Of a DNA stretch of 64,000 nucleotides, positions 29,220-39,222 are shown piece after piece. The stretch lies in IMG/VR virus record IMGVR_UViG_2684623050_000001, positions 1 through 64,000 of that record; one strand, 5' to 3'. A program made the position numbers and the translations under genes. This stretch comes from a virus. Lineage: Duplodnaviria; Caudoviricetes. How positions within the stretch are numbered: position 1 is the stretch's first letter; each line of letters opens with the position of its first letter. A model generated the notes under the pieces. The model did not search any database. It saw only the letters and a list, made by a program, of their open reading frames with translations, and was not told where the DNA came from.

Positions 29220-32200
29220 TTATCCGTTGAGCATGTTGCCGGGCCGGCGCTGAGCCATGATCTCGTCGACCACGATGGAGCGGATCGCACCCTCGGCCGC
29301 CTTTGCGGTCTGGGCTGCGAGGTCGGCGTTCTGCTGGGGCGTCCCGCCGTTCGCGTTGACCTGGATGGTCGGGGCGATGGTGACGATCTGCGAGCCCGAG
29401 GCCCCGCCCATCGCCTTCATCTGCTCCTTGGTGAACACGCCCTCGCCGCGCTGGGCGATGATCGGAACCTCGTCGGCACCGATGACGCCGCCCGTGTGGA
29501 AGCGGGGCGCGCCGGCGAACATGCCGGGCGAGACCATCCGGGACATCGAGAAGCCGGCGCCGACGATGCCGCCCGTGTGCATGGCGCCGAACATCTTCAG
29601 CCCGCCGCCCGCGGCACCGCCCGCCTTGGCTCCACCACCCTTGGCCGCTCCACCGCCCTTCAGGAGCGACTTCAGGCCACCGCCCTGCCCTCCTCCTCCT
29701 CCGAACATGCCGGACAGCGCCCACTTGAGCGCCATCTTGGTGATGTCCTTGGCGATCGACTGGAACAGCGAGGCGAAGTCGGCCTTGCCCGTCGTGACGA
29801 ACTCGGCCAGGGCGTCGACGCCGCTGTCGAGCCAGCCCGTCATCGCCTTTTCCATGTTCTCGCCGAGCGAGGACCACTCCTTCATCTGCTTGCCGAGCGG
29901 GCTGCTCTGCGAGACCGACTGCCGGGCCAGGATCTGACGCTTGGCGAGCGCCTCCTCGGCCTGAGCACGCGCCTCGGTGCCCTCCTTGGTCTCGTTCACG
30001 AGCGCCTGAAGCCGCGCGATCTCCTCGTCGTGCATCGCCTGACGACGCTGGTCAGCCGTCATCAGCTCGCGCTCAAGGTCGCGGTTCTTCTTCTGCTCGG
30101 CGATCAGGCTCGTCTGGACCTCGATGTCCTTCGAGCGCGTGAAGGATTCGAGGTTCGAGGCGACCAGCTGGTCCTGCTGCGCCTTGCTCCAGTTGCTGTC
30201 GCCGCGCTTGATGAGCTCCTCGCCGGCCTTCTCGTCGCGCATCTGGTTGAAGCGCATCCGGTAGAGGCTCTCGGAGAGCTTGAGCGGGTTCTCGGCCTTG
30301 AGACGATCGGCGATGTCCTGCTGCTTGAAGTCGAGGTCGTCGCCGAGCGTCTTGTTGCGCTCGACAGCCGAGTTCAGCCGGGAGCGCAGGCGCCGGTTCT
30401 CGGCGAGCGTCTTCTCGGCCGCGTCGACCTTCATGGCCTCCTCGCGGATCTCCTTGTAGCGGTCGGCCATCGGGTTCGTCTGACCCTCGGCCTTGCCGAA
30501 CACGCCGTCGCGGATCGCCTGGTCGATCTTGGAGAGCTTCGAGCCGGTGCCGGTCGCCTCCTCGTTGGTCTTCCGGAGCTCCAGACCGAGCTCCTTCACC
30601 TTGTCGGCAAGCGCGTTGTCGACCTTGAGGGCGTTCAGCTTCTGCTCCAGCTGGGTCAGACGCTCGACGGTCGCGCCCTGCTCGGCGTTGAGGCCGGTCG
30701 GGGTCGGCAGCCGGCTGTCATTGGCCTGCTGGGGCGCGTAGGTGCTCGACACACCCATCTTGTTGTTGGCCCAGTTCTTGAGCCAGCCGATGTCCTTGCC
30801 GCGCAGGAAGGCGTTCGCCGATACGGCGTCGGGCAGCACGGAGGAGACGCTCGCGCCGTCGTTGGCACGCAGCGCCTTGACCGCGCCCTGCGGCCCGAGG
30901 AAGTGGGCGAGATAGACCGTGGCGTCGTTGACCGTGACGCCGGCCTTCTTCAGGTAGGCCGCGTTCTCGCGGGCATACCAGACGATCGCCTCCTTCATCA
31001 TGTCGGAGTTGGTGCGCAGCGCGAGCGCCTGCGCCTTCGTCATGTTCCGGAATTCGTCCGGGTGCATGTCGCGCAGGAAGTTCATCCAGGTGGTCTCGAT
31101 GAACTGGCCGAGCCCGACGGCCGAAGACGTCGCCGCCTTCGCGTTCGGGTTTCCGCCGCTCTCCTGCTTGATGAGGCGCGAGAGGTAGCCGCTCGTGAGG
31201 CCGTCGCCCGAGGGCATGATGGTGCCACCGTTCGCCGAGCTCGACGTGGTGCCGCCGATGTTGACCTCGACGCCCGAGAGCGCGCCCACGCCGTCGCGCA
31301 TGCGCTGGATCTGCTCGACGGCCTGCTTGAGGATGCCGACGAAGGTGTTGCCGCTGTTGATCGTCTCGGAGCCGAACAGCTGCTGCTGGACCGAGCGCGC
31401 GAGCGCGCCGGCCTGGTTCGTCGCGACCGTGAAGCCCTCATTGATCGAGACGAGCGAGCGCTCCAGCGGAGACGAGCCGGGGCCGACGCCGCTGTAGAAG
31501 CCCGAGTTGATCTTGGCCTTCCACTTGTCGACCTCGGACATGCCGCGGGTCTGCTCCTCGAAGATCTCCTGCCGGAGCTTCAGTTCGAGGGAGGCGGCAT
31601 CGTTGTCGAACTTGGTCTTGCCTTCGAGCAGGTCGTCGAGGGCCTTCTTCTCCTCCTGGGCGGCGACGAGATCCTTGATGAGCTCCTGCACGCGACCGGA
31701 GTCGATCGGGCCATACTTGCCGGCAGCCAGGGCAGACTGAAGCTCGGCGACCTCCTTCGAGGCACCGGTCATCTCGGCGCGCACGCCCGCGATGGAATCC
31801 TTCAGGCCCTGGAGTGCGTTCTGGCCCTTCTTGTAGAGCTTGTCCTCGTCGAGGGGCTTGGAGAGCTGCGGGACCTCGATCTGCGACTTGGCGAGCTGCT
31901 CGCGCAGCTGCTTGGCCGTGTTGATGGCCTTCAGCTGACCGTCGAGCTCGCGCTCGGTCGCCTCACGCTGGAGACCGGACTGCCGGTCGAGCTGGGCCCG
32001 CAGGTCCTCGTAGCTGTCCTCGCGCTGGGCGATCTCCAGGTCGTAGATCGAAAGCTGGCGCTCGCGCTCGCGGCGCGCGTAGTCGGCCCGGATCTTCTCG
32101 GTCGACAGACCCTTCGCGGCCGCGTCGGCGAGGGCCTCGTCCTGGGCCTTCGCCATGTCGGTGCCCCAGATGTCGATCTGGCGACGCTGGCTCTGGATCA

Positions 32201-34076
32201 TCTCGTCGAAGATCTTGAGCTTCTTGTCCGCCTCGCGCTGGGCGAGGTTGGTCGAGAACTCGGCGCCCGCAGCCTCGATCAGGCGCTGACCGTCAGCGAG
32301 CGTCTTGCGCTTGCCGGCGAGCTCCTCGTCGATCTCCTGGAGACGCTTGGCACGCGCGTTCGGGCCGATGCCGGCCGAGCCCGCATAGACGCCCTGGGTG
32401 CGCACGCTCTCGCGGCGCTTCTCCAGAGCGTCGATCTCCTTCTGCTGGTCCTGCAGGTCCTTGATGAACAGCTTGAGCGAGGCCTTGGCCGCGGCGCCGC
32501 CCAGCTCCTGAACCTCCTTCTTGGCGTCCTTCACCTTGGTGCCGAACAGGTCGAAGTAGGAGACGGCGAACGAGATGCCCGCGCCGACGGCGACCAGCAC
32601 CGGGGCCAGCGCGGCGAGCGCGACCGCGGTGGCGAGAATCGCGGTGCGGGTCGCGGCGAGGCCGGCGCGCACGACGTTGAGCGCGTTGACGTAGGTGCCG
32701 AGGCTGTTGGCGCCCGTGACGAAGCCCGTGCCGAGCTGCACGATCGCGGCGTAGGTGTTGGTCAGCACCGTCCGGGCGGTCTGGAGCGGCGAGAACATGC
32801 CGTTCAGGATCACCTGGGCGAAGTTGGCCGCCGCACCCGCGGCCGAGCCGATGATGTTGACGCCACCGTTGAGCACGCCGATGAAGCCCGCCCACGCGGT
32901 CTGCATCAGCCCGACGTTGCCGACGAACCGGGTCTGGGCCGCGAGCGCGTTGTTGTAGACGCTCGGGATCGTGCCGATCGCGATCTGGTAGGCCGTCCAC
33001 TGGGCGCGCGCGTTGCCCAGCGCCGTCATGACCGTGGTCAGGCCGCTCGTGACGACGGACAGCCCGAGGCCCGCGGCCAGCGTGTAGCCGACCGAGATGA
33101 TCTCGTCCTTGAACTGGACGACCTTCTGGATCACCCGGTCGAAGACGCCGATCGCCGTGGTGAGGCCGGAGCCCAGCGCGTCCGCGAAATTGCCGGCCGA
33201 CTTCGAGGTCAGGAAGTCGTTGAGCTCGACGGCCTTGTCCTTGACCGCCTGGAAGAAGCCGGTCTCGTTGCCGCCCACCCGGAGCTGCAGGTTCTGGAAG
33301 GAGTTGGCGATCGTGGCTGCGATACCGTTCCAGGACTGCATCTGAGCCTGGGCGGCGCCGCCGAAGGTGCGCTCCAGCTCGCCCTGGAGCAGGTTGATGC
33401 CGCGGCGCGCCTCGACGGTGCCGGTCGAGAGCTTCTGGACGAGCTCGCCGACGGTGACGCCCATGGAGCGGGCCATCAGCTCCGTGGCGCGCGGGACCGC
33501 CTCGCCGAGCTGCTGGCGCAGTTCTTCCATCTGGATGACGCCCTTGCCCGACATCTGCTGGATGGCGAGCGCGGCGCGCTTCATGACCTCTTCGGACCCT
33601 CCGAACGCCGCGACGGCGTTGACCAGGCCCTGCATCGAGCCCTTCATGGGATCGAGGCCGCCCGAGCGCAGCTTCACGAAGACGTCGGAGAGAGCCTGGA
33701 GCGAGTAGGGCGTCTGGCGCGCGAAGTCCCGGAGCTCCTGGACCTGCTGCTTGGCCTCCTTCAGCGGGTCGGCCGCCGAGGACATGCCCTTCATGAGGGT
33801 GGTGAGGCGCTCGAACTCGGCGTTGACCTTCACGATGTCGCCGGCCCAGCCGGTCGTCACGGTGCGGATGGCGCCAATCGCGGCGGATGCCATGCCCAGC
33901 GTGACGGTGACGTCGCGCAGGGTGCCGAGGAAGTTGGAGCTCGTGGACTGGAGCGCGTTGACCGACGTGATCGTCCGGCCGACGTTCTGCTGAAACTGCT
34001 GGACGCTCTCACCCGCGCGGATCATCCGCGTGGTGAACGAGCCATCGTCCAGTTCGATCTCTACGCGGATTGCCAT
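29220..34076 (-). CDS. Tape measure protein with lytic transglycosylase-like domain
   Basis: 1618 aa, helical, QMSGKGVIQMEELRQQLGE, ESGGNPNAK..SSAVGLGQFI..TW..YLAHFLG, C-terminal FHTGG..DEVPII.QRGE. Confidence 0.92.
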   Translation of the reverse strand: MAIRVEIELDDGSFTTRMIRAGESVQQFQQNVGRTITSVNALQSTSSNFLGTLRDVTVTLGMASAAIGAIRTVTTGWAGDIVKVNAEFERLTTLMKGMSSAADPLKEAKQQVQELRDFARQTPYSLQALSDVFVKLRSGGLDPMKGSMQGLVNAVAAFGGSEEVMKRAALAIQQMSGKGVIQMEELRQQLGEAVPRATELMARSMGVTVGELVQKLSTGTVEARRGINLLQGELERTFGGAAQAQMQSWNGIAATIANSFQNLQLRVGGNETGFFQAVKDKAVELNDFLTSKSAGNFADALGSGLTTAIGVFDRVIQKVVQFKDEIISVGYTLAAGLGLSVVTSGLTTVMTALGNARAQWTAYQIAIGTIPSVYNNALAAQTRFVGNVGLMQTAWAGFIGVLNGGVNIIGSAAGAAANFAQVILNGMFSPLQTARTVLTNTYAAIVQLGTGFVTGANSLGTYVNALNVVRAGLAATRTAILATAVALAALAPVLVAVGAGISFAVSYFDLFGTKVKDAKKEVQELGGAAAKASLKLFIKDLQDQQKEIDALEKRRESVRTQGVYAGSAGIGPNARAKRLQEIDEELAGKRKTLADGQRLIEAAGAEFSTNLAQREADKKLKIFDEMIQSQRRQIDIWGTDMAKAQDEALADAAAKGLSTEKIRADYARRERERQLSIYDLEIAQREDSYEDLRAQLDRQSGLQREATERELDGQLKAINTAKQLREQLAKSQIEVPQLSKPLDEDKLYKKGQNALQGLKDSIAGVRAEMTGASKEVAELQSALAAGKYGPIDSGRVQELIKDLVAAQEEKKALDDLLEGKTKFDNDAASLELKLRQEIFEEQTRGMSEVDKWKAKINSGFYSGVGPGSSPLERSLVSINEGFTVATNQAGALARSVQQQLFGSETINSGNTFVGILKQAVEQIQRMRDGVGALSGVEVNIGGTTSSSANGGTIMPSGDGLTSGYLSRLIKQESGGNPNAKAATSSAVGLGQFIETTWMNFLRDMHPDEFRNMTKAQALALRTNSDMMKEAIVWYARENAAYLKKAGVTVNDATVYLAHFLGPQGAVKALRANDGASVSSVLPDAVSANAFLRGKDIGWLKNWANNKMGVSSTYAPQQANDSRLPTPTGLNAEQGATVERLTQLEQKLNALKVDNALADKVKELGLELRKTNEEATGTGSKLSKIDQAIRDGVFGKAEGQTNPMADRYKEIREEAMKVDAAEKTLAENRRLRSRLNSAVERNKTLGDDLDFKQQDIADRLKAENPLKLSESLYRMRFNQMRDEKAGEELIKRGDSNWSKAQQDQLVASNLESFTRSKDIEVQTSLIAEQKKNRDLERELMTADQRRQAMHDEEIARLQALVNETKEGTEARAQAEEALAKRQILARQSVSQSSPLGKQMKEWSSLGENMEKAMTGWLDSGVDALAEFVTTGKADFASLFQSIAKDITKMALKWALSGMFGGGGGQGGGLKSLLKGGGAAKGGGAKAGGAAGGGLKMFGAMHTGGIVGAGFSMSRMVSPGMFAGAPRFHTGGVIGADEVPIIAQRGEGVFTKEQMKAMGGASGSQIVTIAPTIQVNANGGTPQQNADLAAQTAKAAEGAIRSIVVDEIMAQRRPGNMLNG

Positions 34077-34086
34077 CCCACTCGCC

Positions 34087-34425
34087 TCAGAAAGACATTG
34101 CCTTCAGTTCGGCGAGACCTGCGCGGTCGAGCTCCTCTTCGTGTGCTGCCTTACCGGAGCCCGTCATCTTCACGACGGTGCCCATCTGCTGCTGAAGCTT
34201 GTCGAAGGTCTTGCTGTAAGCTTCGGGGCTCTGTGCAGCTGCCATCACCTGCAACAGCCGAAGATCGCGTTCGGCTGAGAGACGATCAATGTTCTTGGAG
34301 TAGAGCCAGAAGGTCCGAAGCGGGAGCTTCAAGACCTTCTGGTGCTCCATGCCGTAGAAGGCGGATACGCGGGTGACGAGGAAGCCGAAGTCGATCGCTT
34401 CTACTCGGCCGCTGCCGGAGGGTTT
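34087..34425 (-). CDS. Tail assembly chaperone GT extension (-1 frameshift)
   Basis: Open -1 frame from slippery A-AAC-CCT (34425-34419) reading ..IDFGFLVTRVSAFYGMEHQKVL.. Confidence 0.7.
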   Translation of the reverse strand, partial: KPSGSGRVEAIDFGFLVTRVSAFYGMEHQKVLKLPLRTFWLYSKNIDRLSAERDLRLLQVMAAAQSPEAYSKTFDKLQQQMGTVVKMTGSGKAAHEEELDRAGLAELKAMSF

Positions 34426-34763
34426 GCGGGAGCTTCCTTCGCCACGGCGTTCTGCACCGCCTTGGTGCCGTCGTCGTTCTGGGCCGCGGCCATCAGCTTG
34501 TTCAGGTTGGCGAGCGGCATGGCGCGCAGCATCTTGTCGGTCATGGTCGGGAAGGCCCGAAGGATGACCTCGATCACGGTGTTGACCTCGGCTTCGAGGT
34601 CGCCGTCCTGGGCGCCGAGCTTCTGCAGGAGCTTGGTGTTGGCGACGAAGCTCTCGACGGTCACGGGGACCAGTTCGTGCTCCTTGCCGCCGAGCTTGAC
34701 CACGAGCTTGCGCGGGAGATCCACGGCGTCGAGGTCGATGAAGGTGGTGTTGGTGTCGGCCAT
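34401..34763 (-). CDS. Tail assembly chaperone G
   Basis: Between the major tail and tape measure genes. Start MADTNTT. Confidence 0.75.
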   Translation of the reverse strand: MADTNTTFIDLDAVDLPRKLVVKLGGKEHELVPVTVESFVANTKLLQKLGAQDGDLEAEVNTVIEVILRAFPTMTDKMLRAMPLANLNKLMAAAQNDDGTKAVQNAVAKEAPANPPAAAE

Positions 34764-34849
34764 GTTGCCCTTCTGGCGTGCGAAAACTGACCGTAGCGGG
34801 TCTGCCACGGTCAGTCAGTAGTGACTTATCCTTCTGCCGAAGGCAAGGC

Positions 34850-35368
34850 TCAGCCGGAGACTTCGTTGTCGCCGACGACGAAGAGGGTCTTCGTGGTCGG
34901 GTCCGGGTAGCCCTTGAAGGTCGTGTTGTAGATCCGCTCGTCTTCGAGCTTGTAGGCGAACTGGAGCGCGCCCGAGGTCGCGGCCAGCGGGATCGTGAAG
35001 TCGTCGGAGCGGTCGTCCTCGGCGTTCGCCTGCGGGTGGAACCGGAGCTCCTTGGCGATCTTGAGGAGCGACGTGCCGACGGCGTTGGTCACGACGACCT
35101 TCTTGTCGGAGCCGGTGCCGACGAGCTTCGCGCCCGGCATGACCTTCACGAGGTTCTCCAGGGTCGTCTCGGCGAGCGGCACCTTGGCCGTCACGGTGCG
35201 ACCCATGACCACTTCGTCGATCGGCGACTTGCCGAACTGGTCGACCTGGACCTCGTGGGTCTCGGTCTGCACTTCGACCTCGACGCCGCCCTTGGTGTAG
35301 CCGAGATCCTCGTCGCCGAAATACACCAGGCAGACGCCCAGCTTCACGTTCTTGGTGTCAGAAGCCAT
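34850..35368 (-). CDS. Major tail tube protein
   Basis: NVKLG.C, DLGYTKGGVEV, VDQFG..P, VPLAETT. Confidence 0.85.
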   Translation of the reverse strand: MASDTKNVKLGVCLVYFGDEDLGYTKGGVEVEVQTETHEVQVDQFGKSPIDEVVMGRTVTAKVPLAETTLENLVKVMPGAKLVGTGSDKKVVVTNAVGTSLLKIAKELRFHPQANAEDDRSDDFTIPLAATSGALQFAYKLEDERIYNTTFKGYPDPTTKTLFVVGDNEVSG

Positions 35369-35452
35369 TTTCCCTACTCCTTGGTCTGGGCGTCAATCAG
35401 CCCTGACTGACCACATCAGACATGCGATGTCAGTCAGTGATGACTGACAATT

Positions 35453-35854
35453 CTAAAGCAGCACATAGGAGGCGTCCAGATTGATAGACCACTCCTTTCC
35501 ATTTCCGTCCGAGCGCCGGTAGGTAATCGGCAGGGTCTGGGGCAGCAGATGGTTGATCCGCATCACCAGCCGCCCCTCGCTGTCCTTGAACTCGCGCTTG
35601 TAGAGCGTGAGCGCCTTGGAGAGCCGGCCGGCGAGCGGCCAGCCCGTCTCGTCCTTCTGGGCCCGGACGATCGCCTGGAGCGCCCGGCCGCGGTAGTAGC
35701 CCGGCAGCTCGTGGCAGATCTTGATGCCTTCGAGCGGCGTGCGCAGCAGGATGCCGACCTTGGTGTTGGCCGGCATCTCGTGCTCGAACAGGTCCTTGCC
35801 GACGGTGCCCAGCCCTTCCGCGGCCAGGTAGTCGGTGATGCAGTCGATCCTCAT
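35453..35854 (-). CDS. Tail terminator / minor capsid protein
   Basis: Position. DYLAAEGLGTVG.DLF, QAIVR, EWSIN. Confidence 0.7.
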   Translation of the reverse strand: MRIDCITDYLAAEGLGTVGKDLFEHEMPANTKVGILLRTPLEGIKICHELPGYYRGRALQAIVRAQKDETGWPLAGRLSKALTLYKREFKDSEGRLVMRINHLLPQTLPITYRRSDGNGKEWSINLDASYVLL

Positions 35855-36294
35855 CCCTTGCTCCCAATCACGACGGCCTGAATGACGGCCTTCTCCAGCT
35901 TGGCCTTCTGATCCTCGACGGCGCGCGTCAGGTAGTGGCTCCCGATCTGCCGGCCGGGGTTGGCGTCGCGCTTGGCCGCGGTGCCGGGGCCGGGCCGGGC
36001 ATCGTCGTAGTTCTCGTGGACTTCCATGGCGTATTCATCGACGTCCACGCCGTTGACCTGCCCGCCCGCGACGATCGAGATCGAGAGCCGGCGCCGCAGA
36101 CCCGTGTAGTTGACCTCCTTGCGGATCGACTCCTCCAGATTGTGCTTGTCGACCGGGGCGTTCAGCTTGGCCTCGCGCACGATGGTGTCGGCGCCGCGGT
36201 GCATGGTCTTGCGGGCGTTCTCCGGCACCTTCTCGGCGACGTTGCGCAGCATCGCCATCACGCCCTCGAAGCCCGAGGTCTTGAGCTTAAACAT
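35851..36294 (-). CDS. HK97 gp10-like neck protein
   Basis: EAKLNAPVD..NL..SI, YA.EVHE, YLTRA. Confidence 0.75.
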   Translation of the reverse strand: MFKLKTSGFEGVMAMLRNVAEKVPENARKTMHRGADTIVREAKLNAPVDKHNLEESIRKEVNYTGLRRRLSISIVAGGQVNGVDVDEYAMEVHENYDDARPGPGTAAKRDANPGRQIGSHYLTRAVEDQKAKLEKAVIQAVVIGSKG

Positions 36295-36643
36295 CTTCGC
36301 CCTCCCACAGGACGAGCAGGGCCTCGTAGTGGTCGAGGCTGCCGAACACGTCGAGGCGCGGCTCCAGGCTCTCGACGCGCAGCGTCTGGCCCATGATGAC
36401 GAAGCGGTCGCCCAGCCGCGGTGCGGTGTCGACCTCGAACAGGATCTTGGCGCTCGCCGTGTTCTCCTCGGCCGCGCCGCGGGACGCGGAGCCGTCGGTG
36501 CGCACGGACGTGATCGCCACGTTGCGCAGCAGGTGGATGACGCCGACGCGCGCGGGCGCCGGCGCGCCGTAGATCGGCTCACCGGTGCGATTGTGGCCGG
36601 TCAGGCGCGAGAGCATGCCTTCCGCGGTGCCGGTGAACCTCAT
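36287..36643 (-). CDS. Head closure / head-tail joining protein
   Basis: Position. TSVRTDGSASRG, GD......LRV. Confidence 0.6.
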   Translation of the reverse strand: MRFTGTAEGMLSRLTGHNRTGEPIYGAPAPARVGVIHLLRNVAITSVRTDGSASRGAAEENTASAKILFEVDTAPRLGDRFVIMGQTLRVESLEPRLDVFGSLDHYEALLVLWEGEDV

Positions 36644-37419
36644 GGGACGCTCCGATGGATGCCCGGCACGACGAGGATCGCCTCGGCGTTCGGGTGGAAG
36701 ATGTCGTTGCGGACCTCGCCGTAGGCGGGCAGCGACGAATTCGAGGACAGGGCGAGCTCCATCCCGTGGACGCCGGCCTTGCCGTGAGCGTGCGCGACCT
36801 CGGCCGTCTCGATCCCGTGCTCGGCCAGCATGCAGAGCGTGACCTCGTTGAAGGCCGAGAGCAGCGACTGGCGCCAGGTCGAGCGCACGAACAGGCGCGA
36901 GGGCCACTTGCCGTTGCGCCGGTCCCGGAAATGGAAGGCCGGGGTCTCGTTCGAGCCGATCCGGTGCTGAATGAGCGCGGCCCGCTCGCTGATGCCCTGG
37001 GCGGCCGCGGCGATCTTCACCTGCAGGGCCGTCTGCCGCAGCGACTGCTGAAGCTGGGCGATGTCGCGCTCAATCTGAATCGTGATCTCGCGCACGAGAT
37101 AGCCCTGCGTCGCGCTCAGGGTCTCGCTGGCGTGCGCCGGCAGATCGTCAGCATCATCGACGCCCAGATCGCGCGACGCTGCCCTAAGAGCTTCGTGCGC
37201 GATCGTGGCGATCTTCTCGGCGACGATGCCCGTCTCGGTGTCGAGGAAGGCACGGGCGAGGTTGTAGGCCTCCTCCCCTGCCCGCTCGATCATCCGCGGC
37301 GTGCCGAAGTCGAGGGCGCCGAGCGCGTCGGCGTAGATCAGGGACCAGGCGTCCACCAGGCCCTGGTAGCGGGCACCCGCGGCGTCGGCCGCGGGCGTCA
37401 TCAGGTCGGTCGTAATCAT
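36640..37419 (-). CDS. Head morphogenesis-region protein
   Basis: Coupled ORF with FRDRRNGKW and IFHPN motifs. Confidence 0.6.
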   Translation of the reverse strand: MITTDLMTPAADAAGARYQGLVDAWSLIYADALGALDFGTPRMIERAGEEAYNLARAFLDTETGIVAEKIATIAHEALRAASRDLGVDDADDLPAHASETLSATQGYLVREITIQIERDIAQLQQSLRQTALQVKIAAAAQGISERAALIQHRIGSNETPAFHFRDRRNGKWPSRLFVRSTWRQSLLSAFNEVTLCMLAEHGIETAEVAHAHGKAGVHGMELALSSNSSLPAYGEVRNDIFHPNAEAILVVPGIHRSVP

Positions 37420-38216
37420 GCGCGGGTCGTGACCATCCGGAGCTCGACGTAGCCGTTGAGCTGGTCAAGGGTCTCGCGGGCGATGCCGAGATCGAGCGGC
37501 GCGCCCGAGCGGAACATCGCCGAGCTCTCGCCGACGGTGCGCGACAGCAGGCCCTGGCGCCGGAAGTCGCTGGGCTGGCCGGGCATCAGGATCGCGTTGG
37601 CCTCGACCACCTGCGCGCGCCGCAGCGCCTTCTTGAACCGGTCCGGGAACTCGGCCCAGCGCTCCTCCGTCATCACGGGGAACTCGCGCGGGGTGACGCG
37701 CCAGGAGCAGCCGACGATGCGGTCGCGCCAGCCCTCCTCCTCGGCGTCCTCGCGCACGAAGTAGCCGAGCCGCGTCAGCCGCTGGTAGGCTTCGAGCAGC
37801 GCGGACTGCTTGGTCTCCTTGGTCGCGCGGGCGAAGGCGTCGAGCTTCACCATCTGGGCGGCCGTCAGCTCGGCGCCGGCTAGGCTCTGGAAGGAGTTCT
37901 TGAGCGGCTGGAGCTGGAGCGCCGCGCGCACCAGCCAGGTCTCGTCCTTACGCACGGTGCCGCGGGCCGTGTCGAACTCGATCTCCAGGGTCCGGGCGGC
38001 CATGGCGAGCCCGGCCGGGAGCGTGTTGGCCGCGGCCGGGATCTCGATTGCGATCTCGTTCTCGGGGATCTCGCTCACGAACACGGGATCGAGGACCACG
38101 CGGCCCTCGTCGTCGACGACCGTGTAGGTGATCCCGGTCGGCGAGATCTTCTCGCCGCTGCCGTTCTCCAGCGGCACGAGCACGATGTAGGCCTCGCCGG
38201 CCGGGATGTTGCGCAT
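37416..38216 (-). CDS. Head-tail adaptor-like protein
   Basis: Position. NSFQSL, ALLEAY, AQ..EA, S.TVGESS. Start MRNIPAGE. Confidence 0.6.
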   Translation of the reverse strand: MRNIPAGEAYIVLVPLENGSGEKISPTGITYTVVDDEGRVVLDPVFVSEIPENEIAIEIPAAANTLPAGLAMAARTLEIEFDTARGTVRKDETWLVRAALQLQPLKNSFQSLAGAELTAAQMVKLDAFARATKETKQSALLEAYQRLTRLGYFVREDAEEEGWRDRIVGCSWRVTPREFPVMTEERWAEFPDRFKKALRRAQVVEANAILMPGQPSDFRRQGLLSRTVGESSAMFRSGAPLDLGIARETLDQLNGYVELRMVTTRA

Positions 38217-38869
38217 TACTCCGGCGCCTTCTCGTTCTCGTCGGACTGCTCGGTGCCCTTGGCAGCGTCGGCCTCGGGCTGCTCGGTCGGGGTCTCGTCG
38301 GCATCGCCCTCGGCGACGACATCGGGCTCCTCGGGAGCGGGCGTCTCGGGCTCGCGCGTGGTCTCGGAGCTGGCAGCCAGCGCGTCGGCCTGGGCCTTGA
38401 GCTTGGATTCGGCCTTCAGGATCTCCTTGACCAGCTCGTTGATCGAGCGGCCCTTGACCTTCAGCACGTCGCCGATCTCGCGCAGCCCGCCGATGCCCTT
38501 CTTCTCGGCGATCGCTTCGAGCTCCTCCTTGGAGTGGAACGTGAGCGCGAGCGGGTCGAGCTTGGGCTCCTTGGCCTTCTTGGCGTCGGCCTTGGCCTCG
38601 GCCTTCACGTCCTCGTCGCTGGCGCGCGCGAGCGGGGTCAGGACCGGGGCCGGGACGATGGCCGCGCCGTCCATGTTGTCCTGCAGGCCGGGCTTGCCGA
38701 GGCTGTTGCCGTCCTCGTCGACCTCCTCGACCGCGATCGTCGCCGCGATCACGACGAGCTGGCGCTTGGACACCAGGTCGACGGACACGCCGTCCGCGAA
38801 CTCGACCATACCGAAATCGCCGTTGAAGCCTTCCCAGCCGGGCTGGGTGATCTTGATCCGCTTCGCCAT
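38216..38869 (-). CDS. Hypothetical head-region protein
   Basis: Start MAKRIKIT. EELEAIAEKKGIGGLREI motif, acidic tail. Confidence 0.65.
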   Translation of the reverse strand: MAKRIKITQPGWEGFNGDFGMVEFADGVSVDLVSKRQLVVIAATIAVEEVDEDGNSLGKPGLQDNMDGAAIVPAPVLTPLARASDEDVKAEAKADAKKAKEPKLDPLALTFHSKEELEAIAEKKGIGGLREIGDVLKVKGRSINELVKEILKAESKLKAQADALAASSETTREPETPAPEEPDVVAEGDADETPTEQPEADAAKGTEQSDENEKAPE

Positions 38870-38871
38870 TG

Positions 38872-39132
38872 TCAGGCGCCTCCAATCATCTGCTGGAGCT
38901 CGCCGCGCTTGTCGGCCGTCGCGAGCTGGGTGAAGCCGCCGACATGGGTCTCGCCCACGAAGATCTGCGGCAGGGTGTCGAACTGGCCCATGCGGGCGAT
39001 CAGCTCGTCGCGGGCGGCCGGGCTCTCGTTCACGTCGGAATAGGCGAAGGTGAGCTTGCGGGCTTCGGCGAGCTGGACGGCGCGAGAACACCAGATGCAG
39101 TTCTTGCGGCCGTAGATGCGGATGGTCTGCAT
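38872..39132 (-). CDS. Glutaredoxin
   Basis: IYGRKNCIWC, TLPQIFV, HVGGF. Confidence 0.88.
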   Translation of the reverse strand: MQTIRIYGRKNCIWCSRAVQLAEARKLTFAYSDVNESPAARDELIARMGQFDTLPQIFVGETHVGGFTQLATADKRGELQQMIGGA

Positions 39133-39162
39133 CGTGGTCCTCTGTCAGGGGGTTGATACGAA

Positions 39163-39192
39163 GAAGGGCGGGGATCTCTCCCCGCCCCTCTT
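39163..39192 (-). terminator. Terminator-like hairpin after the major capsid gene
   Basis: Stem gggcggg/cccgccc flanked by short A/T runs. Confidence 0.55.
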
Positions 39193-39222
39193 TGGTAAGT
39201 CAGTGGTGACTGACCGTCCAGA

